Assembly (NCBI GenBank): GCA_008632985.1
Contig: QPGO01000380.1
Span: 1-35,845, forward strand
Length of the DNA stretch: 35,845 nt
DNA from: Psammoneis japonica
Taxonomy: Eukaryota
Reading direction: 5' to 3'
How positions within the stretch are numbered: the stretch's first letter is position 1; each line of letters starts with the position of its first letter. The position numbers and the translations under genes were made by a program. Under the pieces are notes generated by a model that had not been told where the DNA came from, ran no database searches, and was given only the letters and a program-made list of their open reading frames with translations. Of this stretch, positions 1 to 11,475 are shown one piece after another.

Positions 1-2339
1 CAGCTCTCCAAGGCTTGCCTCCCTTGGTTGTCGCAGCTGAGGTGGTGCTTGCAGCACTGGAGCACTCGGTCCATTGTTGTGCACCCTTGTTTTCAAAAAC
101 ATGTCATCACCAAAGGGAGTCATTTTGTGTGCAGCATTGTTCCTTTCTCGTGAAGACGGCTTCCACAGCATTGCCACCCAACCAAGTGCATGCAGGCTTC
201 CATCACACATCTTGTCCAATGGATCTTGTTTTTCTGCATCAGCAAGCACAGAGAAGCATCCACTCCTGTTGGCCTTGCCATTGTTGCCTGGTGCTGAAAG
301 GAATTGCAGCTTGCTTTGCTTTGTGCAGGCCTTTTGAAGCTCAACTGCAAGAGTGTTGCATGACATGGACTTGTCCGCCACACATCTCAGCTGCTTGAAG
401 AAATCTTGCTGCATTTCCTGCAGTCTGACCCCTCTTTGATCAGGGTTTTCATCTGTCATGAAAGCCTTCTTGAGTTGATTGAAATCAGCAAGGTTGGCAC
501 TGTCCTTGTTTTTCACACCAACATGCTTCCCCACTTGTGGCATCAGCGCACACCACATTGCATTGCTCCAGGACCAACAGCTGTTTCTGTTTGCCTTGAT
601 GATCACCATCTCTCTCTCTCTCTCTCTTCCAATGATGCCACATGCTGGCACATGGCTCCACACACCCAGTTGAGGTGTTGCACGGTGTCATGCTGTGGCC
701 AAGTCAGCACATGTCTTCTTGGAACAAACCAGTCAGCTGCCAAATCAGGTTCCATGGCTGGGGCCTTGGCATCCTTTGACATTGTGGATGTGAGCATCAG
801 CTGCACATTCCTTTCTCCTGCCGCACCATTGGGATGGGTGGCTGTCAGTTGTGTCAGCACCACAGTTGCTGTTGTGCTCAATTGGCCCATCATTTTGGTT
901 GTTGCAGTGACTGTGTCATTGACACATGCATGCCACATGCAATGTGTTAGAAATGGCTGAACAGCGCTGCTGGCAATGGGGGCAACAGCTCATGGCTTGT
1001 TGCCAGCAACAAAGGGAACAGACATGGAGCAGCACTCACCATGTGCCTTCTCCTCAAACAGAGAACACCATCTTTGACCCATGACAAGTCACTTCTTCTT
1101 GGTGTGTTGTGCTCATGATGGGGTCATCTTTCAGGGAATGTGTTTTGTGTGTTGCTGTCATTTCCCTGTGTTTTGAAAGACTGTGTGTCATTGTGCAACA
1201 TGCGCTTCAGCATTCTTTTGATGCAGCTTCCATTCAATGCCATCATCTTTGCACTCAACATGTGTGCATTCCACAAATGTCTTCAAGCAAATGTCAATGT
1301 TCACCCACACATTGATGGCGTGCTCTTTGAAATTGCACAATTTGCACATTAACACACCATTTTGAAATTTTGCATTCAAATGTCTCTGTCATCTGGGGAA
1401 GTGATGACACTTGCCCAAATGGCCAAAAAGTGGTCCACGCTTTCTTGTGATGATGGTGACTGTGCTGCATTTGTCACATCATTGCAACAACACACGACCA
1501 TGCCATCGCAGCCTGCAACAGCAACTGCACATGTTGCAGCACCAGACACACGACAATGCAAGTTGTCTTTCCAGTCATGCCCTTGTCATGAGCCAAAATC
1601 CAGAGGGAGCACAGATCCTGCCAAAAAGTCCTAGAGAGAATCAATCCCATCATCAAGCAAGGTTGATTGGATGCCAACAACAAGAGACAAAGGAAACTTG
1701 GCCCTCACAAACATGCTTTTGGAAGCAAACAAAAAAGGCTTGGCACAGGAAAGGCCCAGTTGAAGTGTGCTTGCCGCTTGACCCAGAGCCCGAAACAAGC
1801 AGAAAGGATTTGGAAAAGCAAATGTTGGACAGCTTGTCTCATCTGCTCCCCAAACCCAAGAGAAATGATGACTCAGTCATCAATGAAAGAGATGGCCATG
1901 ACTCATGCACTGGTGTGGATCATCAAGCAGCTGTGGCTGGTCATGTGTCATCTGTGCCTGGAGAGGTTGACACAACAATTGCAAATGAGCAACTGATGGA
2001 GCATGCAGGCAGATGTTTGGATGCCAAACAGTGTGATGCTGGTTTTGAGGATGACTTGTCCCATGAGTGCACCTCTCATCTGGGTGCAACCAATGACAAA
2101 ACAAACATTGACCCAAGAACAATGACCAAGAAAGAGGCAGACAATGCTGGCATGGATGCAATGCCAACAAGGGGAGAGGATGATGACAACAACAACAACA
2201 ACAAGCCCACTGTGTTTCCACCCCACACAAACGATCCTTCTCAGCCTGACAACCCAGCCCAACAGCAAATCTTGGTGTGTCGGTGGTCCCAAAACCAGTT
2301 TGTCTGGTGCACAACAGGAATGTTCTGTGAAGGATGTGG

Positions 2340-2930
2340 CGCTGGAAAGAAGACTGCACAAAAATGTTGGGAGAGATGACATTTGCTGCCTGGCAACAGA
2401 AAAGACTTGTGGTGTCAATGCATTTGCTTTGTCCAACCTTGTCAACAAGGGAGCCAACCTTTTTGCCAAGACGTGTCGATGCATGTCTGGTCCATCAGAG
2501 TGATCTCAAACAGATTGCATCTCAAATGCCAAAGGGTGTTCAGTTCAACCAGATTGTGTGGGATCCATTTAACTCCCCACTGTCTTGGTTCAGCAAATGT
2601 CTCACACAAGGAGAATTTTTCAAAAGGAACACAAATGGTTTTGCCAGCACTGGCAGCGTGCCTCTTCTCAAGGACAGAGGATCCATCCTCCCGCCATCCA
2701 ACAAGAAGGTGGTTGCCACACAGATGTCACAACTGGAGCATTTGAGCCATTTGGAATGTGACATTGTGTTTCTGTGGCAAGAGGGCCTGCTGGATAAGAT
2801 GTGTTTGTTGCACGGAACTGAAAGTGCAGATCCCATTTTGCTCAGGCGGGTGTTTGACAAAAAAAATGTTCTCAGTTGCCAAACTGTTGCAGGACCACAC
2901 ATCAAATGTTGATTGAGGAGTCAAATCTTA
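2340..2930 (+). pseudogene. Decayed coding remnant of an uncharacterised protein (frameshifted)
   Basis: Protein-like translation across two frames (RDDICCLATEKTCGVNAF ... GVQFNQIVWDPFNSP ... LLHGTESADP). No family can be assigned with confidence. Confidence 0.25.
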
Positions 2931-3362
2931 ACCAGGCAGCAAAGGAAAGGTGCAAAAAAATCCAGGATGTTGACATGATTTGTTTTGTGCAGCTGCAGAA
3001 AAAGCCAAAGCTGTTGAACAAAAGACAGTTGTGGAAATGGCATGGGCAGAAGTCCAAGATGCAGGTGAGCCTGGAAAACACAGCGTTGTCCCCAACAAGT
3101 GTGAGCAACAAATGAACTGTGTGTCCACAATGGTGTGGCATGACACAAAACAGAAAAAATGTTCTGGTCAAATGTCTTGTCTCTCTTTGCACCCCACTCC
3201 AAGACATCTCATGACAAGACCACATGTGTCAAATGCTCTGCAAAGCACGCAACACGGTTGCCCTGCCCCACCTGTCTGTGGTCCAAGAGACATGTTGGTT
3301 TCCAAGAAAGCACGCTGGCTTCCTTGCGCAACTGTGGTGACATGTGCAACAACAGGGCAACA

Positions 3363-4549
3363 GCCTCAGTTTGGTTGCACTGTGGGATTCCCCAAAATTC
3401 CCCGCGATTGCCACCTTTTGCCATGATTTTCCATGGGAAGCTTGGTTTCCCAGGGAATTGCCATGAACCACGCTTCATCATGTGCACACTCCACACATGA
3501 GTGAAAAATTGCACATTGGCAATTCCCCCACCCGTGCTTCCCTCTCATGCATTTCTGCACCTTCTGCTGGTGTGTGCCGGGACGCAGGAGCCAGACAATC
3601 GACTGACTGCAACAAAAATGGGCATCACGCCATGGCACGTTCACGTCCCATTTGTGACGGCTGTTGTCTGTCAATCACAACACCATTCAATGCATTCAAC
3701 AATGTCGATTGAACGGGAACTGTGGCACAAAACACAAGATGAAATGTGGTTGCACATGTGCAGAACACCAGTGCAATTGAGTTGTCAGTCATCAGTTTTT
3801 CTTTTGTCGTGCAGCCACAAATGCAAGCCATGAGGCACGCAGCAAAGGCCAAGGCAAAAGTGGAACCACACACAGCTGATGACAACAATGTGGCAGATTG
3901 GACAGTCACCTTCATTCTTCCATTTGACACATCTCATGTGCAGAATGAAGGGGGTTGTTTAGATCACTCTTTTGTCATGCATTCAGAAAGGCAAGCCATG
4001 AGGCGCCTGGTGTGAAGGACAAGGCAAAAGTGGAGCCGCACATGGTTGATGAAAATGTGGCAGATTGATTGACAATGTTTGTTCTTCCCTTTGACCCATC
4101 TTGTGCACAGAGTGCAGTGCATCATTTTTTCCTTCTTGTGTCGAGCGGTCACAAATGCAAACCACAACAGCTCCAGAGCAAAGGCCAAGGCAAAAATGGA
4201 GCCTCACATGAGCGGTGTCAATGTGTGTGATTCATTGGCAAAGTTTGTTCTTCCCTTGCTCTGCCATGAGGGGTGGCTTTGTGTTGATTTGTCAATGCAT
4301 CCATCATGGTCATCGGCGGCAGACCGTGGCCGCGGCTGGACAATGTGGAGTGAAGCACACCCGCCCATGCAAAACAATGTGGAAATTGCAGCACCGCGTT
4401 CATTTTTTGTTCCTTCCCCTGACCCCTTTCAGTCATTCCTTCCTGCCAAATTGCCCTCATTTCCTGGGTGTTCCCCAAATGGGTGAGGTGGTTCCCCCTT
4501 GCCCTTGCCATTTTGGGGAATCTCCAAATGGGCAAAACCAAACTGAGGC
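3363..4549. mobile_element. Non-autonomous TIR element (~1.19 kb)
   Basis: Perfect 14-bp terminal inverted repeat GCCTCAGTTTGGTT / AACCAAACTGAGGC, extended by an imperfect GATTCCCCAAAAT match. No transposase ORF. TSD not clean (AACA vs AACC). Confidence 0.6.
3824..4300 (+). repeat. Three degenerate ~170-bp direct repeats inside the TIR element
   Basis: Recurring AAGG(C/A)CAAGGCAAAA(G/A)TGGA...AATGTG...TTCTTCC core near 3845, 4015 and 4181. Confidence 0.7.
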
Positions 4550-4671
4550 AACCACTGATGATGAAACTGCGCATGACAAGGGAGATGAAAGATTGAACGA
4601 GCATCTGTTGAACAAGATGCACTGTCCAAACAAGACAAGCATTGTCAAGGAAATCAACAAAGAATTTTGGA

Positions 4672-5075
4672 GACGCGTTCCAGCTCTAGAGGTGGGACCT
4701 TGCACTGCTGAAAAGTGACACAATCATTTTTTGTCAAATGTCGCATGTTTTGCACATGCATTTCTGAGTGTTCTGTTGTAAAAAATTGCTCCACACTGCC
4801 TGTTTTGCGAAGCCAAAGGCTTTCTGTTGTCTGCGTTCACATCAATGAAAATGCACTGGGTGTGTTCTTCAATGTCTGAAGAACATGCCCGGACATGCTG
4901 CAAAGAATGCACTTCCAGCTGGTGCGAAGGAGGAGATGCATTTGCAAAATTGCCTCTTTTTCTGTTGGCAATCATTGACACATTCATTGCTTGACAATTT
5001 TACTGTGGAGCTCACATGTGGATTTCTGCGGGCCCTGTGTCACAAAAAGTCCCACCCAGAGGACTGGAACCCGTC
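4672..5075. mobile_element. MITE family A, divergent copy A1 (404 bp)
   Basis: TIR GACGCGTTCCAG...CTGGAACCCGTC. 4-bp TSD TGGA at 4668-4671 and 5076-5079. Internal similarity to 35347-35741 in the same orientation. Confidence 0.85.
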
Positions 5076-5079
5076 TGGA

Positions 5080-6165
5080 GCTCATTTGGGGACATCAACA
5101 CAGTCGCATTCTTGACGTAGTCTCTTGGTGAACTGGCCCAAATCATGCAACTGTCCTGTGTCTGGATCTTCTCTGTCATCACTCCTGGATGAGTCTTGGG
5201 CTCTCCTTCACTCCCAGCCTTGATCTTGCAAAATTCAGCAATGGACTTGACCACAGATTTGCCCTTGTGTGACACTGTCAACACATTGTCTACATTGACC
5301 AACAGCACCCAACAATGCTTGTGCTCATCTTCACAAACTGCTGCTTGCAAGCATGCACTGGGATCTGCTTGTGTTGGTTTGAAACCCATGTCTCACAAAG
5401 CAGAAGAACATGCTGCTTGCCATGAAAATCCTGCACTCTTCAGTTTGTGTGGCACTGTCACTGTGACCAGCATGCACCCTTTAAACTTGCCACACTCAGC
5501 TCCGCCTTCAAACCATGTCTTCTCTGCACATGGTGCACTCAAACAGGCATTCTCCAAGTTAGCTGCAGTCACATCCACATCATTCAAAGCTGCCAGCATG
5601 AAAGCAATCCACACACACTGTCCCTCAAAACAACGCTTGAGTGTGTGGTCAAATCTGGTGCCTTCGCAGTGTGGCCTCCAGCAAAAAACGGGGCCTTCCG
5701 GGTGAAATCCATCTCAACATCAAACACCATGTGGCATCATTGCATTTCCTGACACCCGCGCAGCTTCTGACTCCTTCCTTCACAAACTTGTTGTGGTGTT
5801 TTGCCATCGTGCTTTTCCCATGCCATTTTCACCTTGGTCATCTCCTCATCAATTGCCAGGCCCAGCAACCAGCCCCCATTTTGCGGCCAATCTGCAAAGC
5901 TTCATCAATGCTTTGATTTGTCCTCAGAGATGATGTGATTCCATTTCCTTGGCACGTGAGGCACCCACCAAGCAAACACTGGCTCATCAACAATCCAGCT
6001 CACAACTGCATGCTCTGCTGCTTTGATTGGGTTAGAATCCTTGAAGTCCTTTGACTTGGCCCAGTCAGAGCTGCCGCCCTTCCATGCCACCAGTGTCTTC
6101 CAGCCTTTTGTTGTCTTCTTCTTCTTGTCATGGCCTCCTGCAGTCTCAATTGCACCCTTGTCAGA
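5080..6165 (-). pseudogene. pol: Ty1/Copia (CoDi-like) pol fragment: pre-RT region and reverse transcriptase
   Basis: Degenerate motifs KTTKGWKTLVAWKGGSSDW...EPVFAWWVPH, IAFMLAALNDVDVTAANLENACLSAPCAEK, GFKPTQADP...LLVNVDNVL (YVDD region), SPRDYVKNA. Multiple stops and frameshifts. Confidence 0.85.
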
Positions 6166-6720
6166 TCCAACAACACCTTGTCCAAACAGCAGGTGGCCAC
6201 ATTGCTCCATCAACATTCTGGGAGTGCACCAGATGCCATCAATCAGAAGTGTCCCTGGGAGCTGTGTGGCAGGGAGATGTCATTCTCCACATTTTTCTGC
6301 CAGAACATTTTGGAGAAGCACCACTTCAAACCCCTGCATGATCTCATCTGATTGTGCATTCTCATTGATGTCACCAGCTGGAGTTGTTTGATTGCCATCA
6401 TCCCTGCAGCTCTCAACCTCCTTTGCCAGATCCTGCAGCCATGCAACCCTTGGACATCTGTCATTGTTGTGTTCCTGCAGGTGCCTGCAATGCTGTGTTC
6501 AGACTGCTCTTGTCCCCTGTTTGCCACTTGCTGGCACATGGTCTGTGGGCTGTCACTGTGTGGGGCACTGCCCCTGCTTTGCCTCCAAATTTTGACCGTG
6601 CCCATCTGCCCAAGCTGGCAGCATCCATTCCCTTCATGATGATTCTGTGGCCTTCTTGTTTGATGCTGAGCATCATTGTGCCTCCCAGCTGACAGTGCAA
6701 TGATTGATCATCATTGATGT
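6160..6720 (-). pseudogene. APE-type endonuclease remnant of a non-LTR retrotransposon
   Basis: Across frames: GGTMMLSI...LGRWARSKFGGK...VTAHRPC, DRCPRVAWLQDLAKEV...AGDINE, IDGIWCTP...GHLLFGQGVVGSD. These correspond to the APE GDFN, ID and SDH motifs. Confidence 0.7.
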
Positions 6721-6784
6721 TACAACCTGCAGAGATGTGAGGTGCCAGCTCCTGGCACTTCCTGAATCTTGCTTGGGGTCTTGA

Positions 6785-7179
6785 GACGCGTTCCAGACGC
6801 AGGTGGGAATCCGTGTGACATTGGGCCCGTAGACTTCTACGTGCGAGCTCCGTAATAAAATTATACGGTAATTAAAATGTCAATGATCGCCAACAGAAAA
6901 TGAGGCAATTTTGCGAACGCACAAACTCGCACATGCTTGAAGTACATCATTTTTTACTTGGCCAGTTACATTCTTCAGACATTGAAGAATGTAACTGGCG
7001 CATTGTCATTTCTATAAATTTGTTATATAAAACGTCTGGGGCTTCGCAAAACAGCGAGTCTGGACAATTTTTTTAAACATCACACGTAGAAATCTACGTA
7101 CGAAACATGCGACGGATGATAAAAATTGTTGTTGTCACACGGCAGCACTGCGAGCTCCCACCTAGGGCTGGAACGCGTC
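6785..7179. mobile_element. MITE family A, young copy A2 (395 bp)
   Basis: Perfect 12-bp TIR GACGCGTTCCAG / CTGGAACGCGTC. TSD TTGA at 6781-6784 and 7180-7183. Colinear reverse complement of 35347-35741. The only TpA-rich island in the window. Confidence 0.95.
6961..6999. repeat. Perfect 17-bp-arm hairpin at the centre of MITE A2
   Basis: GCCAGTTACATTCTTCA-gacat-TGAAGAATGTAACTGGC. Confidence 0.9.
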
Positions 7180-7183
7180 TTGA

Positions 7184-8430
7184 CTTGTGTGGTGCTGTTT
7201 TCCAGCAGTGCCCTGTTTCACTCATTCAAAAGACATCAATGCTCTTTTCAAGTGCAGTTTGATGAATGCTGTTGTTCTTTGTTTGGGTTGAGGGTGTTCT
7301 TCCATCATGTTGGCTGATTCAGTGACTTTCTTGGCACACAATTCTGCTGGTTTGCCAAGTGGTTGCCCGGTCTTTTTTCCAGTTTGCCTGGGTCAATCTG
7401 TTCAGACATCATCATCCGCCATCCACAAGGCTTGGTGCACTCTGAATTCTGCAGCACCTTGGGTTTAAGAAAGGCACCAAAAGAGCCTTTGACAGCAATT
7501 TTGACTGTCTCAACCAGTTCATCAACTTGGATGTGAAAGCCAAGGTGCATCATGTCAGCCCAATTGTCCTTTTCTGTGCCAGGTCTGAGTCAGTGAAGGT
7601 GCATCTTCATCTGCACAAACAGCAGTTTCTTGAGTTGGCTTTGGAGTGTGCCATCCTCTTGGATGACAGGTCTGTCTTTGGCGCCACTGGTCCAGGTTGA
7701 GATGGCAAAACCGTCTCTGGTCAACTCACACACTCAGTTGCTGATAAATCCAAACTTCCTGCTGAGAGTCTTTTCAGCATTTTCTTCTTTGTTCTGTTTA
7801 ACTGCCTTGGAGAGCTTGAGCATGAAGCATGTGAAACATTTTTGTTGCAGTTTCTCAGCATTTTGTTGCTTGCTCATGCTGAGTGTGGGAGCTGGTTGAG
7901 AGTGGTTGCCCCATGTGTCCTGATCACTGTCACTCTTGCCATCATTGCCATTGGCAGTGGGCTTGCTGGCCCTTGTTGGTTTCTCTTGGTCAGTCATCTT
8001 GGTGGCATGTTTGTTTTTCTCAACTTGCTTGTGCTGTGGTTTGCTGCTGCTCACCTTTGCCTTGGACCTGGCAGCAGTCGTTGCACTTGCATCCTTGTGC
8101 TTGGCAGGATTTTCTTTCTTGCCATTGTCTTTGCAGGTTTTCTCAGCATTGCCATTTTTCCTGGAAGGGTTTTGTTGTGGTTGCCAGTGTCCTTGGTGTT
8201 TTCCTGTTGTGTCCTTCTTTGCTGTTGGTTTCACAGCAATCTTCTTTTCCTTAGATTTGCTTGAGCTCATCATTGACATCCATGTTTTCAATTTTCTTGG
8301 TTCTTTGTGGAACTTGCACAGCACCCAAGTCCACATCTGAAAGCTCATCAAATGAGAGTCTGGGGTTGGGTTCTCCACTGAGGTCATCCTCTTGACTGTT
8401 CTCCTGTTCCACCTCACTTTTCAACATCAG
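7184..8430 (-). pseudogene. Lys/Asp-rich decayed ORF, possibly ORF1 of the LINE that carries the APE remnant
   Basis: Charged low-complexity translation, upstream of and on the same strand as the APE remnant. No diagnostic motif. Confidence 0.25.
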
Positions 8431-8719
8431 CCACATGCCCTCAGCTTCTACGCAGGTTTCTACGTGCCTTCTTGCGCTGATGTTGCCCTTCTCAGATGGC
8501 GCTGATTTGGCTCCAACAAGCCCATTCTGTCCACATTTGCCAATGGTGCATCCTCACCACAGCATGATGAGCAAAGCTCATCAGTGGAAAACGACAAGTG
8601 TCCCGGCCTTTTGGCTTGCATGCTGGTTGTTGTTTCTCACAATTTTCTGTTGTCTCAGAAAATTTTCCACACAGGTTCTGGTGCAAATTCTGCATGGATC
8701 TGCAGACGCTGCTGACGAT

Positions 8720-9130
8720 CTACATGTCACTTCCCCAGCCTGCTTTTGTCCTTGCAAATTGGTTCTCAATGCTGCTTCTTCTCCTTGCTGTGCAATCAAG
8801 TCCTTCACTCTTTGTGGTGCAAGTGCCACTTCTGTTGCGGCCCTTTTCAGCAAGAACATTGGTTGTCCTTTGGAGTCATTTGATTGTCGTCAATTTGCTG
8901 CTCCTGTTGGTCTTTCCATGCAAGATCTGGTGTTGTTTCTACGTGTTGCCTCTGACTGTCTACGTGTCACTTCTCCGGACTGCTTTCGCCCTTGCCAGTT
9001 GGTCTTCAACCTCTTCTCTTTTCTCTGCCATGCAATCAAGCACTTCGCTCTTTGTGGTGAATGTGCTGCTTTTTTTGTGGCCCTTTTCAGCAAGAACACA
9101 AGTTGTCCTGTGGCGCCATTTGATGGTCTT
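8720..9130 (+). repeat. Two ~170-bp direct repeats with 240-bp spacing
   Basis: CTAC(A/G)TGTCACTTC...GCAATCAAG...CTCTTTGTGGTG...GGCCCTTTTCAGCAAGAACA...CATTTGAT at 8720 and 8960. Confidence 0.8.
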
Positions 9131-10197
9131 TGGTTTGCTTCTCTCATCAGCTTTTCTGCACAAGACTCAGCATTTTTCCATGTTTCAAGAATGTTTTCTC
9201 CGATGACCTGCTTGTCATGCCTTCAAAGCTCCTTTTGTGGACCATTTTAAAAACCCATCTGAGCGCAATTGTCCATTGCAGTTGTGGTGTGCCTTCTGTG
9301 GCTGTCATCAACAAGCACGCAACAAATCACTCATGTGAATCATTCCTTTTCAGTTGTCTTGGTGGGGTGTCATCTTCTGGTGATGCCCATGCCGGCTGAT
9401 CCCACGCAAGCTCCTGCCACACTCAACTGTGTGCTGGGAGTGTGGGTCAGCCAGCGCTGGTGACATCACTTAAAAAACAGATCTGTTTTTTTTCTCCTGT
9501 TCCACCTCACAGTGAAATTCATCATCCACAGACTGGGCTAAAGAGGATGAATCCAAGGACAAGTTGGGGGATGAGTCAGATGAAGAAAAGTTTGATGACA
9601 AAGAGGAGGAAAAGGAAGAAGAGCTCAAGGTTGAGACAGAGGAGTTGTTGAGAAACAACTTGCTTCCTGGGGTTCTTTCCTTTGCTTTTCTTCTTTGTCT
9701 GCTTTGTTGATTTCCTGCTGGTCTTGTCACTGGCGCCATTGAGGTCATTGTCAATGTGCTTGTCAACAGGTTTTTTCATTGATGGGATGTCTTTGCCTTT
9801 GTCATCTTCCTGCAAGGAGTCAAAGGGGTTCTTTGAGTGGGCAAATCTTTTTGGCAGAAACCTGGCAAATCCATCTTCACCATCTGGCTCTTGTGTGACA
9901 GCAGGTTGCTTTTGGGCTTTGTGGTGTTCTTTGGGGTGAACATCCTTTGTGTTGTTGAAACTGTCCAAGATGCCCTCGTCTTGGGAGGGGAAATCAAAGA
10001 AGTTGTCAATGAGGGGTTGGCTCAGGTTCATTGTTTTTTTTGTTTTGTTTTTTGGGGGGGGTCCTGTTTTTCTTGGTTGCTTTTTTGCAGGAAGAGCAGG
10101 TGACCTTGCATTTGGCACTGCCATCAGAGTTCATCATGGTGAAGAGTTTGAAGATTTCCTGCATGGAGCAGTGAGCAACTTTGCACATTGATGTGCA

Positions 10198-10520
10198 CTG
10201 GAAAAGTGCTCATCTGTTGACTGTTGCGTCTGCACTTCTCTCTGCTCTGGCTTGCTTGATTGAATGTGGCTGGTCTCATTGTGGAAGGCAGTGCATTCTC
10301 TGTTGCCATTTTCTTCAGCTTGCACTGCAAAAATTCTGGTGAGCAACAAATGGCAATGCAACAGACAACAACAAATCTCACTTTGATGCCAAAACAAAGC
10401 TGAGCTGCCAGCTGCATTTTTTGCCTCTCTTGTCCACAGTCAAAGCCTCTCTGCACCTCAAACACAGTGCCCACATCCAAACATCATTTCTGAAAGACAA
10501 AGGGCAATTTGCCACCAGTG
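10198..10520 (+). repeat. ~320-bp dispersed repeat, copy 1
   Basis: Colinear with 12382-12715 (shared CTGCAAAAATTCTGGTGAGCAACAAATGGCAATGCAACAGACA). Confidence 0.85.
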
Positions 10521-11011
10521 TCATGCACACATTTTTGCCCTGCCGTTTGCCACTGCAATCTGGATTTCCCTGCATTTCTTGGTGAAATCACCTGAACATC
10601 AGATGGCCATTGATTTCATTCATCCTCACATGCTCACTTGTGCAACTCAACCTCACAAACAGCTCATTTGGCTGTGATTGGCATGGTTTCCACCCAGGGA
10701 CACACGGCATTTTGTCGCATTTGTCGACATTTTCTTAAATGAATTGATGATTTGTCGTGAAAAGACGCAAATTGCGACAAAATGTCAGGGTTGGCAACAA
10801 ACAGGACAGAAACATTGTTCAGCCAAGTTTTAAAATGATTGATGTCATTCACAACCAACCTGCACTTTGGCGATGTCGTTTCAACAAGTGGGGCAATTGA
10901 CAGAATTTGGCGATTGATGTCATCGACGAAAATTCATCCGACAAATTTTGTCGGACATCCGACAAATTTTGTTGGATGTTTGTCGGATGTCCGACAAAAT
11001 TTGTCGGCATG

Positions 11012-11140
11012 CGACAAGACATGACATGACACGACAAGACACGACATGACACGACATGACAAGACACGACACGACACAACACGACAAGACACGACACGAC
11101 ATGACACGTCACGTCACGACACGACACGACAACTCACGAC
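11012..11140 (+). repeat. Pentamer microsatellite (GACAC/GACAT/GACAA)n
   Basis: Directly visible 5-bp periodicity. Confidence 0.95.
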
Positions 11141-11356
11141 TCACGAACGAAACACCCACGCCCCCCGCACACGCCAACCACTGACGTCTCCATTGACACT
11201 GTGTCTCTTTTGCACGATGATGCAAAGCGACGATCATGCTGCTCTCGGCGGTCTCCAACATTTCACCCACAATCTCGTGGAGATGGCACGTCCATGCGAC
11301 TGGGCACTTCTGAATGTTGGGGAGCGTTGCGTTGTCGGCATGTCGCAAACATCCGT

Positions 11357-11475
11357 CTGTCGGCATTTGTCGGCTCTTGTCAGCGTTTGTCGGCTCTTGT
11401 CGGCATTTGTCGTATGTTGCCGGGGTTTGTCGGGGCTTGTCGGGGCTTGTCGGGGTTTGTTGGGGTTTGTCGGAC
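11357..11475 (+). repeat. 10-bp tandem repeat (GGnnnTTGTC)n
   Basis: Directly visible 10-bp periodicity. Confidence 0.9.

Noticed and set aside
1411..2379. 322-aa ORF and similar long ORFs as functional host genes
   Set aside because: No recognisable domain, no Tyr, and ORF length is inflated by stop depletion.
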